Shown here: positions 46,471-63,479 of the stretch, piece by piece
Layout: the number at the start of each line of letters is the position of its first letter
How positions within the stretch are numbered: the stretch's first letter is position 1
Assembly (NCBI RefSeq): GCF_009914755.1
Contig: NC_060929.1
DNA: 64,000 nt
Direction: 5' to 3' (one strand)
Source: the human T2T-CHM13v2.0 reference genome, Homo sapiens
The notes under the pieces: generated by a model
The model's input: only the letters and a program-made list of their open reading frames with translations
The model's database searches: none
What the model was told of the DNA's origin: nothing
Program-made: the position numbers and the translations under genes

Positions 46471-47194
46471 GAAAAGAAACTAACAAAATATCTTCCTATG
46501 ACTGAAAGCTACAAGAGTCTTAAAAGCATCCTGATATTTCCATTGTAAATTCTGATCTGAGACCATACTCTGCTATGTAGTATCTATTGTATGTTAGCTT
46601 TATAGTGCATACTTCAGTATTAACCTCTTGTTATAGCTGTAAGCATTCTTTCAATTGAAGTGTCCTTCATCTCCACTTTTTCTTCTTAAACTCCAACAAT
46701 TTGTACACATTTTGCTATTTTTAAAGAATCTGTTTTCTCTGCACTCAATACTTTCTTCTCAATAGAGTTATTCTTGATGAGACACAAACTGCTCATATTT
46801 GAGCATCTTAACAAAAATTCTCCCTTGTCCCAAATCTGATTCTAGTTACCCCTGTCATTTTCTTTTCCCTTTCCAACAGAACTTTTCCAAGAGAAACACT
46901 GTTACCCATGCCTACTTAACAACCACTCCACAAGCAGCCTTACCCTGCTGACTGAACCCATCATTGTGTAGTAAAGTTTCCCCTGAGATATAGTGACTTC
47001 CTTGCCACTAAAATCCAGTGGCAATGTCTTAGCAGTGTTCAACACTCTTGGCTATTCCCTGTTTTCTGAAGCACATCTCTTCTGAGACTCTACAATTACG
47101 GTTTTCTGGCACTCTACTATCATAGTTTCCTCCCACCTTGCAGCTCTCTCCTTGCCAGATTCCTTTGTGGAAATTCTTAGAAAAGATCTGGATA

Positions 47195-47366
47195 AGTGAT
47201 TCTCAAACTTGGTTGCATTTTGGTATCATCTGGAAAGTTAAACAGTTTTTTAAATGCTTTAGCCCAGGGACCATCCAAAGAGATTCTGTTTAGTTGTTCT
47301 GAGTTTAGAGCTGCATTTATTAAATTCCCTCCTGTTCTACTTTACAAACGTGGTCAAGAACCATTT
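47195..47366. mobile_element. MER5A-like hAT-Charlie element
   Basis: agtgattctcaaacttggttgcattttggtatcatctgg...agagattctgtttagttg...tcaagaaccatt. Confidence 0.6.
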
Positions 47367-48184
47367 TTGCAGGCTATGTTTATTCAGTCTTTCCTTTTCC
47401 TAGGTAACTTCATCTCTCCCTTTTGCTTCATTTACTATCATTATGCTAAACATTCTTTTTATTTTAACTCCAGCCTATATTCAGCTTTTGAGTTTTCCTA
47501 CTATACTTGGCAAAATATCATCTTATTCCAAAACATTACTTGGATATCTCCAAGGTGTCTCAGTTTTGACATATTCAAACATGAGATCATAGACTTGCCA
47601 TGCCTAGATGAAGATTCTCCTACTAGTCACTCTCTCAGCAAGTAGTATTTCCACCTCTCCAGTTCCATGAACTAGAATCTGCTTCTTAGTAGCAAATCCA
47701 CTGCTATTATTGATTATTTTACCTCCTAAAATCACTCAAATCTGTTGACACGCTACCATTTTTCACAATGGCCCTGGTCACCACCATCACAGACTCATAC
47801 TTCTTTTCTGTTACTGCAGATGCCTGCTAACTGGCCTTCTGACATTATTCTCTACCCCTGGCCTGAGGTGTCTTTCCATTCTGCACAGCAAGGATAGAGA
47901 GGTCATTTCCATCACTCCTAGGTAAAAACTCATTGTCTTCTTTCATGTAGCGGGGAAATTACCCTTTTAGAAAATCCATGTGTGTCAACATGAAGGAAAC
48001 GAATAAATTTTTAAATAGAAATTATTCTTTAAGAGGAATAGACACTTAGTAACAGCAACCACTTATATAGTGCTTTCTATTTTCCAGGCACTTTTCTAAG
48101 CACGTTTCCATTATTAACTAATTTTATCTTCACATCAAGACTATGAGATACCTGCTATTACTGTAACTTCCAGTCAGTTATAGC

Positions 48185-48375
48185 CTGGTAAATATTTTAG
48201 AACTATATTGGGATAGGGAGAAAAAACAGGTATGAGCCCTAATGTTCAGGGTCTGTTCATTGCTGTGGTGTAAGAGCTCCCACCATGACCTATATCAAGC
48301 TACTATCGTGATGTCTTGAACACACAGTTGAGAAGAAAAAGGCACAATTGGTTCTGCTGATCTGGTAGAACCTAC
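48185..48375. mobile_element. MER63-like hAT element inserted in a MIR (MIR ~48050-48165 and ~48384-48460, minus strand)
   Basis: ctggtaaatatttta...gtggtgtaagagctcccaccatgacctatatcaagctactatcgtgatgtc resembles recalled MER63. Confidence 0.6.
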
Positions 48376-49416
48376 TATCAGTCTACAAATGAGCAAGCTG
48401 GGGGCTAATGGCCATGAGGTGAGTCAAGCAAGTAGTATCTCTGATTGAAAACATAGTTCCTCATTTTGTCTGCCCACTTCTGTTGACTTGGTTGTGCTGC
48501 CTGAAAGTCAACCAAATAGATACAATATTTGGTTGATCCATAAGATCTTTTAAAATTCAGAAAATTCAAAATTCTTAATTTTAGCTAGACTGAGTGATGC
48601 AAATTTCAATTTACTAAGTATTGAGTGGATTGGGCACACTTGAGGAAAGTTTCCCTTTTCAGTGATTGGAGAGAAAAATCCATGAAAACCTCTAAAAAAA
48701 AGGTCATTAGGAGATGTGACAAGGTTCTAGAAGAGGATGGGGCACTAAACATAAAATAATTCTGCTACTGCACCCAAGAAAGAAAGGAAAACTTATTACA
48801 TCTCTTTCTGTTTTTCCAATTCTTCCTTTCTTCTTACAAAGCTCACAACATTAAAGTACGAATTATTACGTTTAATACTATAGTTCTACTACTTATTATG
48901 TTTAATAAATGCGTATCTGCAAAACTAATTGTCCATTGTAACATTATTTTTTAAAGCAAATGCATCAGAAATTCCAACCAACCCAATTCCAAATAGGCTA
49001 TGGTACAAAACCAACTTATATTACTTAATGATTTTCAGAAAAATTGGGGTTTCTGATTCTCCAAAGTATGTATTTTTAATATAAGTGATTTATATAATCA
49101 CTATTCTTGTTACACAATAATAAACATGACGGCAATTTTGGCAAGAGTTCACAACATTTCAAGTGCATCAATAATTTTTCATTGTTATATATTTCATGAA
49201 GTACATTTAATATTCTCTTAAAACCTCCATTGAATATTTAAACCTTTGTTTATGTTGTCTTTATCTAGGTAATTTCTGATCCATTTAACAATATATGGTA
49301 AATGGAAAATTCTCAGTGATACTGCCTAATAACTTTACAAAAATATGCCACAAGCAACACTAAAAGTTTTTTCATAAATTATAAATAAATTTAACACCTT
49401 ACAAAATAAGCTTTGA

Positions 49417-49723
<307 letters not shown>

Positions 49724-50306
49724 AAAAACACTGAAAATTTTAAGTTAGCTGGGGATATGTATTTACTCACAAGTTTGACTTCTCACTGGTTTTCTTCTGA
49801 GACACAGGAGAGTAGTCTAAAAAAGATGAAATTTGGTAATGGTCTCTTCCCATGTATATTTTGCTTTCTTTTAGACAAAACTAATTCTTTCATAACAACC
49901 CATTCACCAATTTGCAAATTTGATTTGTAAATATTCATCATATATTCGTGTATCACATATGGACACAATGGTTTACATTTTCTGTCTTTTCCCGCATTTT
50001 ATTTTTTTAATATTTTCTGTGTCATCCCTGTTTTGTTGCTTTTACCTAAAATGTTTTACTTGTCTTCTACTTTACATATTTCTATGTATAAAATCTATTA
50101 TTCTTTCAGGGACAACCTAAAGCCACATTTTGATGATTTTTTTTTCCTTTTGTCTTTGCAATTTTATTTGTTTCACATTTGTATGCTTACAACCCTTTAA
50201 ATCCTATGCCTTTTTTTTTTTTTTTGCAATGGTCTAAATATTTAGGTATATATTGTTTTTACTCCAAGTAGTGTAAATGTGCATTAACTTGAAAATCTCC
50301 CTACCT

Positions 50307-50630
50307 CTCTGGGCGCAGTGGCTCATGCCTGTAATCCCAGCATTTTGGGAGGCCGAGGCAGGCAGTTAGCTGAGGTCAGGAGTCTGAGGCCAGCCTGGCC
50401 AACATGGCAAAGCCCTGTCTCTACTAAAAATACAAAAATTAATCAGGTGTGGTAGTGCGTACCTGTAATCTCAATGACTCAGGAGGCTGAGGCAGGAGAA
50501 TAGCTTGAACCCAGGAGGCGGAGGCTGCAGCGAGCCAAATCGTGCCACTGCACTCCACACTCTAGCCTGGGTGAGAGAGAGAGATTCCATTTCAAAATAA
50601 AAAACAAAAACCAAAAACCAAAAGCAAAAA
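50307..50630 (+). mobile_element. Alu (AluS)
   Basis: Full dimer with a small internal duplication (cactcca cactcta); TSD ctcccta. Confidence 0.93.
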
Positions 50631-51100
50631 CCACTCCCTATTTTTACACTAGCTTTTAAAGAGGAGAAATTAAAATTGTATCTTCTTTATGCAGTGCAAA
50701 ATGAAAATGATAATTTTTTCATCCTCTATACTTGCAATGAACGAAACATTATTCATCAAATGATATATTCCCTTGTGTCTGTTATTTGTTAACAAAATAT
50801 ATTTCTTATGTACCAAGTCTTTCATTTTCATGGTTTTTAGTATTGCTTAGATTCTTGTTAACTTTCATAAAAACTACTTTAGAAGTCTCATTTCCTTGTC
50901 TATATAATTTCTAAGACCAATAACAAGGCAAATATGAAATAGAGAAATGTAAACCATGTGAAATAAATGGTGACTTTAGGATGCTTTCACATCTGTGACT
51001 AAAGATTGCCGCTGCTGTCAGAAATCTATGTATTAAAGGATTGAGGAGGGTGTGTCTAAAGTTCTCCTCATAACTTCATTCTCCTACCTGGGTTTTCTTA

Positions 51101-51525
<425 letters not shown>

Positions 51526-52048
51526 AATGCTTCTTTGACTCTCACTTCTCTGCTTCTCTTTTGAGGATCCTCCATTTTCAACCACCACTTGTTCATCTCC
51601 ACTCAAGCACGTTGAAAAGAGAAAGAGAGGAAAATATAAGAGGGACAAGGAGAAGGAAAAAATTAAAAATAAACATCTTTACTGTCAGATATTTTAGTTG
51701 TATTGATTTACCTAATTCTCCCAGAAGCACAGTATATTATTATGAATATGGCTATATAATTTATAAGCCAAACAGAGCCACTTTTGAGAGTAAAACAAAT
51801 CAGTATGAGTAATTAATTTGGGGCCATAGGTATAAAATGGAATTATCTCTGGCACATGAGTATAGCTGATCACTCTATTTATTATCTCTGTTTGATTATG
51901 TAAAAGCTTTGCATCAGTGAGAGTTTATTCAGTTTAGTCAGGCCCCAGTGAGTAAATAGCAGAGCTGTGTTTCCCATCTGTACCTTTCCAAAACCCTAGG
52001 CCCTCTGTGCTTTACGAATCACTTTATAAGCTTAAAAATACTCACAGA

Positions 52049-52392
52049 GGCCAGGTATGGTGGCTCAAGCCTCTATTCCCAGCACTTTGGAAGCCTGAGG
52101 CGGGTGGATCACAAGGTCAGGAGTTCAAGACCAGCCTGGCCAAGATGGTTAAACCCTGTCTCTACTAAAAATACAAAAAAAATTAGCCGGGCATGATGGC
52201 GGGTGCCTGTAATCCCAGCTACTCGGGAGGCTGAGGCAGAGAATTGCTTGAACCTGGGAGGTGGAGGTTGCAGTGAGTCGAGATGGCACCACTGCACTCC
52301 AAGCCGGGGCGACAGAGAAAGACTCTGTCTCAAAAAAAGAAAACAAAAACAAAAACAAACAAAAAAAAACCAAGCAAACAAACAAAAAACAA
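52049..52392 (+). mobile_element. Alu (AluSc/Sg-like) with an (A)nC-patterned tail
   Basis: ggatcacaaggtcaggag diagnostic; full dimer. Confidence 0.95.
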
Positions 52393-54022
52393 CATACAGT
52401 GAGACTTTAAAACAATGTCGTTTTAGCTTTGATTAGTGGAGCAGTGGATTGAAAGCCCCATAGTCACATATAGGGCTCCTACTCCTAGCTACTGGGACAA
52501 TTCTGATGTTGGGAGCAGTAATCTATATTTTCATAAACATCAATACCATAGCTCTAATGTGCTATCCACTTACGTTCTGCTGTATCATACATGTAACTAC
52601 AAAGTTTCTGGCCCCATCTCTCACTATCTCTTTTTCTTTCAGTTTCCTCTTCTAAAAATGTACAAATAGACGGAACCTACTCATACGGATTAAGGAAGTT
52701 AATATACAATTTTAATGGTGTCTTTACATAGCACAGGTGCAATATATGTGAGCTGCTTTTCTCTCTATAATGATCGCCCTATTCTCTAAAGAGAAGTGGC
52801 AAGTGTACCACCTGTGGAAATCAGGGAACTGGCTAATGCAGTTCCAGCAGCCAAATTCAGAAAAGCAGGCTAAGGACTTGTGAACTTGAGGACTTAGTAA
52901 ATAAAGGAGAGGTATGGGGAGATCACAGCCAGAGGCCTAGATGTTTTGTTATTACTAAGTTGGCTAAGTTCTGTTTCTGTATCCATGTACTTGCCCTGAT
53001 TCTCGGGGGATTGTCAAAAGAGACAATTTTCTCGTATTTTTGCAGGAAGGCCAAAAGGTGGGGATAGAAGAGCTTTCCAATTCAGGTTTTATGTTTTAAT
53101 TTGTTTGCCTGTTTAGGAACTTACAGGTTTTATTCTGTCATAAGTAAAGTCTCATATTTGAGTTGTATGGTAGACTACATAACACTACATTATTCATGCC
53201 ACTCTGCCAATATTTTAATTTCTAAAAAAGTCACTTAAAGTGAGCTGGAAAGTAGACAGATTAACATTAACAAATATTACAAGTATTAAATGGACCCATG
53301 GCCTTTAACATTATTTTTTATAACGTTGGTAAGATTAGGGGCAATATCTTTAATATCACTTCAATTTTAAGCATTATTTAATATCTTTCAGAAAAATAAT
53401 TTAAAACTAAAGGTCAGATTTCTAAGGGACCTGTCAATATTTTTGCTCATATGCTAGGTTCTTCTGAGACTCTGCTAATGGCACCATGAAACAGCCATGT
53501 TGCAATCTTTGTCCTTTAGGACATGGTGAACAGAACTAAGTAAGTCAACAAAAATTTTCAGCACCACTTAAAAATGATTCATGCTCTCGTTAGCAAATGA
53601 CAATGTGATATTAGTAATAATAGCCATGACAAATTATGTTTTAAATTTGCTAATTTTCTTTTTATATGCCTACATCAGCCTATATAGAGCCTAGTAAAAC
53701 TCATGATCTCCTTATAGGAGAATCTGGAGCACAGTGTTTTTCACTGAGCTTGCATTCAAATTGTATTCATTTCCAATGTTAGCCTCAAAGCACATGTATG
53801 TGACATTGTTAAGCTATTTGGAAGACGTCTAAACAAGATATACCACTATATATGAGTGTCTGTTTGTTTAGTTAGTTTAAAATGAATAGATTTTAATATT
53901 TAGTCTTTACCCAAATATACCTGTAGGAATACAATTTTGCATGAATACAAAATATTCTCATGAGATACACAATTAACTTATTAACTTATTCATTCTATTT
54001 AATGAGTAATGGAAATGCTTAT

Positions 54023-54962
54023 TATATATGAGACACATGATACATATCATATATATGATATATATTATATTAATATATATCATATAATATATATATTATC
54101 ATATAATATATGATATATATTATAATAATATAAATCATATGATATATGATATATATCATGATATATGATATAATATTAATATATATCATATAATATATGA
54201 TATAATATTAATATATATCATATATTATATATAATATCATATTATGTAATATGATATATGATATAATATATATAATATCATATATTAATATATTATATAT
54301 AATATATGATATAATATATAATATATAATATATAATATATATTATATGTTATATAACATATAATATATATTATATTATAAATATATATTATATATTATAT
54401 AACATATAATATATATTATATTATAAATATATATTATATAACATATAATATATATTATATTATAAATATATATTATATAACATATAATATATATATTATA
54501 ATATATATTATATGTTATATAACATATAATATATATTATATATTATATAACATATAATATATATTATATGTTATATAACATATAATATATATTATATGTT
54601 ATATAACATATAATATATATTATATGTTATATGTTATATAATATATATTATATATTATATAACATATAATATATATTATATATTATATAGTATAATTATA
54701 TATAATTAATATCTATTAATATATTATGTAATATACATTATTATATATTATTAATTACATATATTATTAATATATGATATATATTATTATATATCATATA
54801 TTATATATCATATGTAATATATAATATATGGCATATGTGATATGTCATATATTATATGTAATATATTATATAATCTATGGCATATATTATATGTAATATA
54901 TACCAAACATTAATATATGATATATGATATAGAATATATGTATATCATGTATCTCATATATA
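54023..54962. repeat. AT-rich minisatellite / quasi-palindromic repeat (~940 bp)
   Basis: Overwhelmingly A/T; core of catataatatatattatatgttatataa (28-bp) units and variants; inverted terminal arms. Confidence 0.95.
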
Positions 54963-55013
54963 TGCATACAAATGATTCAAGGAATCAGCACTTGCTGGCT
55001 CACCACAGTAAAC

Positions 55014-55184
55014 CAGTGATCTTCAGGTTTGCTCTGTAGACTACCTGTATCAGAATCTACCACAAAACTTATCTAAAATTTAGATTTCTTAGGTCCAAGC
55101 TATGTCAGTTGAAACAGAACTTCCCTCACTGGGGATATGGGATCCCAAGGGATTCTTCAGGCAAATATAATTTGAGAGCCACTG
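55014..55184. mobile_element. MER5A/B-like hAT-Charlie element
   Basis: cagtgatcttcagg...cctgtatcagaatc...tttgagagccactg termini. Confidence 0.65.
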
Positions 55185-57777
55185 TAAGATCTACTGGAGA
55201 ATAGGGTCTATGTTCTCATTGCCATGCTTTACCTTCAGCATGTATTCATTTTTACTTTTATTGAAGCAGACAAAGGAGCTTTTTGGTAATTAAATTAGAT
55301 GTGTTTATTCTACTTAGAAAAAAGCTGGTTTTATAATGTATCTTTGCTTATTTTTCAAAAACAGGGACAGTGTCATCAAATGTGATGACTCTATTTCTAT
55401 TACTCATGCCTAAAATTGTTATGAGACTCAGCTAGTACCTGAATACAAGGTCATAGCTTTTTGTTTAACATTTTTAAATGCTTAGATTTGCAGTTTTATT
55501 TTTTATGCCCTTTAAATGTTTCCACCGAAGTGAGAGGATACGCATGCACATAACACACAATTCATATAACATATATATCTCATATATATGAATACACATA
55601 AACACACACAACATCAAAGTTCTATTTGTCTATTTCTGTCTTACTCATATCTTTGGGAAGTATTGACCAAAAGGGTAATATATTCATGTACAGTATCTAA
55701 ATAATCTAGATTAAAAATATTAGTAATGTCCCAAATACTACTTTTGAAAGTTACATTCTCTTCCTACATGGGAGATATTTAGAAGAAAAGCATGGCCCTA
55801 AAAACAGCAGATTAGGTAAATTTGTTATCAAAGAATGCTAGCAAAGTGTTAACTGTTGGAAATTACTTAAACATTAGTAGAAATAGAATTGTGAGAACTA
55901 AACTGTATACTAAAATTGATGCTGAACAAGCACCAGTACTACACTTTAGAAACGAACGTATATTTGTATAATTGAAACATTAACATATCATGAACTTTGT
56001 GTATTACTATTTAAAACCTCCACCTGCTTTCGATTAAGGAAAACCTTACCATGCATTTTGTAGTCAAAACTTCTTTATTAAATTATATGTTAGATAATTA
56101 TACATTAACCTTGCTGATCAAATTGGCCCACACCATCCCTTCAACCTCAATTATTTGAATAAGCTGAAGTAGTTATCCTCATTTAATAGTTGTAGATTTC
56201 ACATAAGAGCCATTATTTTAGCCATACTTCCTTGGTATTTGCTTTCACAGTACTTGCTACCATCTTTTTATTTTCCATCTATTTACTTAAGAGAGCATAC
56301 TGGAGATAGTGATAAGAGTGGCAATTCACCTTTGTTTCACCCTCTGGGGAATCATTTATGTGTATGCTGGGGGTGTTATCAGTTGTTTGCACTTGTTGTG
56401 CAGGCAGGCAATAGACTCTTAACCAGACTTTCCAGGAAATGTGGGAGGTGAGAGAGGCATATAATTTACTCACAACAATAACAAAGTCAGCAGTACATTG
56501 TGGGTAGCAGATTGCCTTCTCTGGACTCAAATAACAGGAAATATTTTATCCTAGAATATGATTTCATGACTTTGAGACTATATGAATATACCTATATATA
56601 TACACACACACATACACTTAGCTTTATAACAATTTATAAAGAATTATGAATGCTCAGACTGTATATATATGTTACGTATGTGTGTGTATATATATATATA
56701 TGTATACACATATATATACACAAATGAATTTACATCACAGAACACTTGTTTTTAGCAGGCAATCTCAGATATTAAGACAGTCAAACATTAAGTACCTGAC
56801 AAAGTGTAAAGGTGTGTTTTTATATGGTAAAATGTAACTGTCAAAATTCAATTAGCTTTTCACTATTTATGCAAAATGACTTATTATATGGTTTTATCAA
56901 GAAAACTTAAGCCTAGTAGCTTACCATTTTCCAAGTTTAAGAATGCCAAATAGTAAACAAAGAAATACACTTTGTGGCCACATCAAGATGTAGCTGAATT
57001 CATGTTTATTCTAAGAAAATATTTATAAGTTACATATTTTAAAAAACATTTCTTTAAAAAAAAGACCTATGGTAGATTTCAAGATCATAAAACAACCAAT
57101 CTAAGCCTGGCTGCCAAAAACATTAATGACAGGATGAAAAGAGAAAATACATTTTACTTAAACATATCAATAGTTTTAACTGAATAAATGTATAGTTATT
57201 GGCATATTATCTTTAATAATTCAATAATTAACTTGGACATCTTGTAGTCCTTCTATGTCATAAATCTACAGGAGAAGAAAAAACATATAGCATATAGACA
57301 TATATATGTGTACATATATACACGTACATACATATATATGTTGTTTTTAATCTGACAGCTGACGTAAACAAAGACAAAATATTGTTCACTGTTCTGTAAA
57401 CATTCTGGCTGATGCTTTTACTACTTCAATTTTATTTTGATTTTTTATGTTAATTTCAGAATAATAAGAATTTTTATATCTTCAGGTGTTAACAAGTTAA
57501 AAAACTATGATATAATACAACTATGTTTTATTCTGCAATTATTGTGTAAATGATGTTTTACTGACTTGTAACAGAATCAAAAATAATATAGCTCTTAATA
57601 GAAACCGTCAATATAAACACGTTTGTAGATATTTAATCAAAACAGAGAATTGCTTTAAAATGTTGTTGTATTTATGAGTAAGAAATTTTCTTAGAACGAT
57701 TATTGACGTACTATTTTCTATGTTCAAATCTGTTTACCATACAATTATCTTATCTATTATTATATTGAAATAGAAAG

Positions 57778-57781
<4 letters not shown>

Positions 57782-57817
<36 letters not shown>
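57782..57817. repeat. (AC)18 microsatellite
   Basis: Read directly from the sequence. Confidence 0.97.
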
Positions 57818-57819
<2 letters not shown>

Positions 57820-59514
57820 CTTCACATTTTCTATAATGGAAAACTCTCTTTTCATCAAATATTGTATACAGAGTACTTTATTTTACTTAATTTGTTTTCC
57901 TATTTCTTACAAAATTATTATACAGAAAAAGCGACCAACTGGGAAAACTATGAATATTTTGCCAAATGTTAATTAACGGCATCACTTAATTGATTTAATC
58001 TTATAATGTATAATTTAGATCAGCTTGTTAGATGGTTTTGTCCTTTAAAATTCATATATTGGAATCCATCAGCACTTTTCTGTAGCTTATTTTAACAGAT
58101 GGAAATCCTCTACAGATATCCTTGATTGTAGTAGATGGAAGCTATTTAATTCTACGGAAAACATTTTGTAAAGAAACTATTTTGTCTTTATATAACTTCA
58201 GTTACCGCTCTTTTAATATGGCATGTATCATTTCTATTTCTGAAACAATATTACTACCTTTATTTGAAGACCGTTTTCTGGGTTATCTGTAGGATCTTTT
58301 GGGGGAAAACACAGGCATTGAAAGCAAATTACCATTAAAGAGGGAGAGTGCTAAGAAGTTAGGGTTCTTGGACAAGTTATCTATTCAACCATTCTTAATA
58401 ATATAGCCTTGCTCCTTTATTTTCAAAAGTGAGAAAATGCTATACTGCCATAATGAGAGTTAAATGGGAATATATATGCAACTCACTTTCTGTAGTGCAT
58501 GACACACAGTGATTTATTAGTCTAGATCCTCATCACATCATCATATCAAATTGGCAGTGATATCTGGTATGTGATATCTCAGAAACTATATATTTTACAA
58601 CAACAATAAAATAGCAAACTATACATGCATGATACAAATGCCTATGCCATTTACATTTTTTTCCATCTCAAATTAAGAGGTCACATACACAAAGCCAAAA
58701 TGCTTTACAATTAGTAAATTTTAAGAACTTAATTTGTGTAGCTTAAGCAATGAGAAGAGTATCTCATAAAGTTCATCTGGAGAAAGGTTTTTTTTTTTTT
58801 TTTAGCATAAGTGCTTAAGAGTCACGAACAAATATAGTTAGTTGTGGGAAATTCTTTCTTATGTATGTATGGAATAGATTTTGTTGACTTCCACATTGAA
58901 AAGGATACTATTTCAGTTTGTAATTCTATATCACACTTGACGGTTAATTGTGCCACATGAGAAATATTCCTGCAAAAAGAGCATTGGCTTTTAAAGAATT
59001 GGCTTTTCTCTTTATAAATGTTTTGTTCTGTTTTTTCCTCTAAAGGATGTAATTCAAAATGACAGTGTAGTAAAAAGGTCTTAATACAAAAACATGTAAA
59101 ATTTCAGGGAGATGAATTTTTTATTCATTCAAAATGTGAAAACCTCTTCTTTCTCCTGGTTCAAAAATATCCCCCACCCGTTATAGTTTCAGACAATAGT
59201 CCAAGTGTTCATGTAATACAAGCAGAAAATAATTTGATCACAGTGATCTCCTTGATAGATTTCTTCTGTCCTCTCATTTTCCTGTTTATGAGTGGTGACA
59301 ACATACGCCGTGATTTTTTTGCAGATGTGCTCTAAGATTGTAGAGTGACAGATAAAGGAAACTAATAACTTTTATTTTAATATGACGTTAAACTGGAAGG
59401 AATTTGAACTTCAGATTTTTTGTTAAGTCAGTTAATTTTGTTGATCTTCAGCAAGTTATTATTCTTTATAGGCCTCAGTTTCTTAACAGTAATATGTGGA
59501 AAATAGTGATCTTA

Positions 59515-59946
<432 letters not shown>

Positions 59947-60690
59947 TCAGAGACTTTCCCTTAGACCTGTAGATTCAACCTTGAATAAATGCCAAGCAGG
60001 ACTACTACTTTATTCAGATACTCTTTTCATTTGTTAAGATCCGAAAATGACCATCTTGTTTCAGTGGGAGTAAAGCACGCCATCTTGGTTTCCTAAGCAT
60101 ACTCTAGCTTCTTTGCCATTGAGCCATTGTCATCATGCCCCTTTGCCCAGGCTATTTGTCAGGGTCTCAAGTCCAACTTCTACAAACCAGCCTTCATCCA
60201 TACCCACATGGATTGCATTCTTCCACTTGCTGTAACTTTGTATCCCTGATATAGGAATCCTCACTATCACCCATGTGAATGAGGATATTGACATTACCTA
60301 ATAATACACTGGCTATTTCCTACACTCTAGATTGAACATATTTCATATGCACAAAACCCAAAACAGCGCCCAATTTCACAATGCCACTTTTTATGTACAA
60401 GCAGTCTCCCAATCTGTCCTCCTCAACTAGCTATTACAGCTTGCCACACTTAAGTGGTTAAAAAAATAAAAATTCAGTGTTTTTAGTGTCGAGATCATAT
60501 TAGTCACACCATATATTAGAGAAACAAATGCATTATTTCTTTCTCCTTTTATATCTCTTTTTTCCTGTTTTCCTTAATAACAAAATAAGGAAAAGTATTG
60601 CTTTAAGACTCTCTGTGTTATTAATCATAGCATATTATATAGTAGCCATTTGTCAGATACATTTATATGCAAAAGTAGAATTACTTTTTC

Positions 60691-60813
60691 TTTAATTAAT
60701 TATTTTAATTGACAAACAGAAATTGTTCACCTTTAATATATACAACATGTTTTTAAATGTGTATACTTATTGGGAGTGGGATGGCTCAGTCAAGCCAATT
60801 AACATATCCATTA
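60691..60813 (-). mobile_element. L1MA-type 3' end
   Basis: ttttaattgacaaacagaaattg...tacaacatgtttttaaatgtgtatac...atggctcagtcaagccaattaacatatccatta. Confidence 0.7.
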
Positions 60814-61714
60814 AAGTGTAATTATTTCTAATTGCCACTCAAAGCATTTGGCCTTTAGACATTTGGTCACTAAACTAAAACATTTCCATCAGTAAAATAT
60901 AGGTTTATGATTTTAAGAAAAAAAATGACAAAGTAGTAAAATATGGAAAAACTTACATATAGCCAAAGGAATAAATAAAATGTTCATTTAGCTAAATATC
61001 TTCAATATTATATATTTTAGTAGATGAACTCGTAAACTCTCCTGGAGTGGAAAGAGAAAAAACTGTGTTTTTTTGACTGTTTATGCAAATGACTGCCTAG
61101 TGACTTAATTAAGATCCTTATACAACCAGTGACAGAAACATGCAGCTTCTGTATTCTAAGTCCTGGGGACACTGAAATGATCCTTGAAAATGCACCAGGA
61201 ATAAAACAGGTAGTGATTGGTGTTAGATGTAATACTGCAACAGAAAACTAAATGTAACACAAGTGAGAACTCATTTTCAACAAGAAACACAGAGTTATAG
61301 AGAAGACATAGGTGTGAATTACTCTATTATCATAGAAACTATAGCAATTTTCATCTATTACAAAACTAAAATGAAATAACTAGTCAGAACTAAAGTAATG
61401 TAAATAGCATCAATATCATCTGATACATGAAAATATTTGGAAATGATTCAACACATATAATCACCAAAAAGAAGGCACAGAATTCTAATGTTAATTATAT
61501 GACATAGCATCTAATATGGTGGGAAATGTGTCAAAACTATGAGGCTCCATATTACATTAGATTTGGGACATTTATATTACTTTCTCAGTTAATAAAATAT
61601 TAGGGTAAGATCCCAACTTATTTTGAATATGTTACTTTAATAAAAATTGATAGCATAAGACCAATACTTCAACTATTGGCTCACTATTTTTTACTAAAGT
61701 AACCCTAGGCATGA

Positions 61715-63335
<1,621 letters not shown>

Positions 63336-63479
63336 AAGATTTGTAATTTTTAATCCATTAGCTTCTGCTTCCTAAAGACTAAGTGTCTGGAAAATGATTG
63401 TCATTCCCATAGCATTCAATGACACCATTAAATTTTTTTAAACCGCAATAATTTAGGCTTAACAGGAAAGGTGACATAC

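Noticed and set aside
53557-53567. REST/RE1 site (TTCAGCACCAC)
   Set aside because: Left half-site only; the GGACAG half is absent.
54330-54690. CRISPR-like array of 28-bp palindromic repeats
   Set aside because: No unique spacers, no cas genes, and a eukaryotic context; it is a tandem minisatellite.
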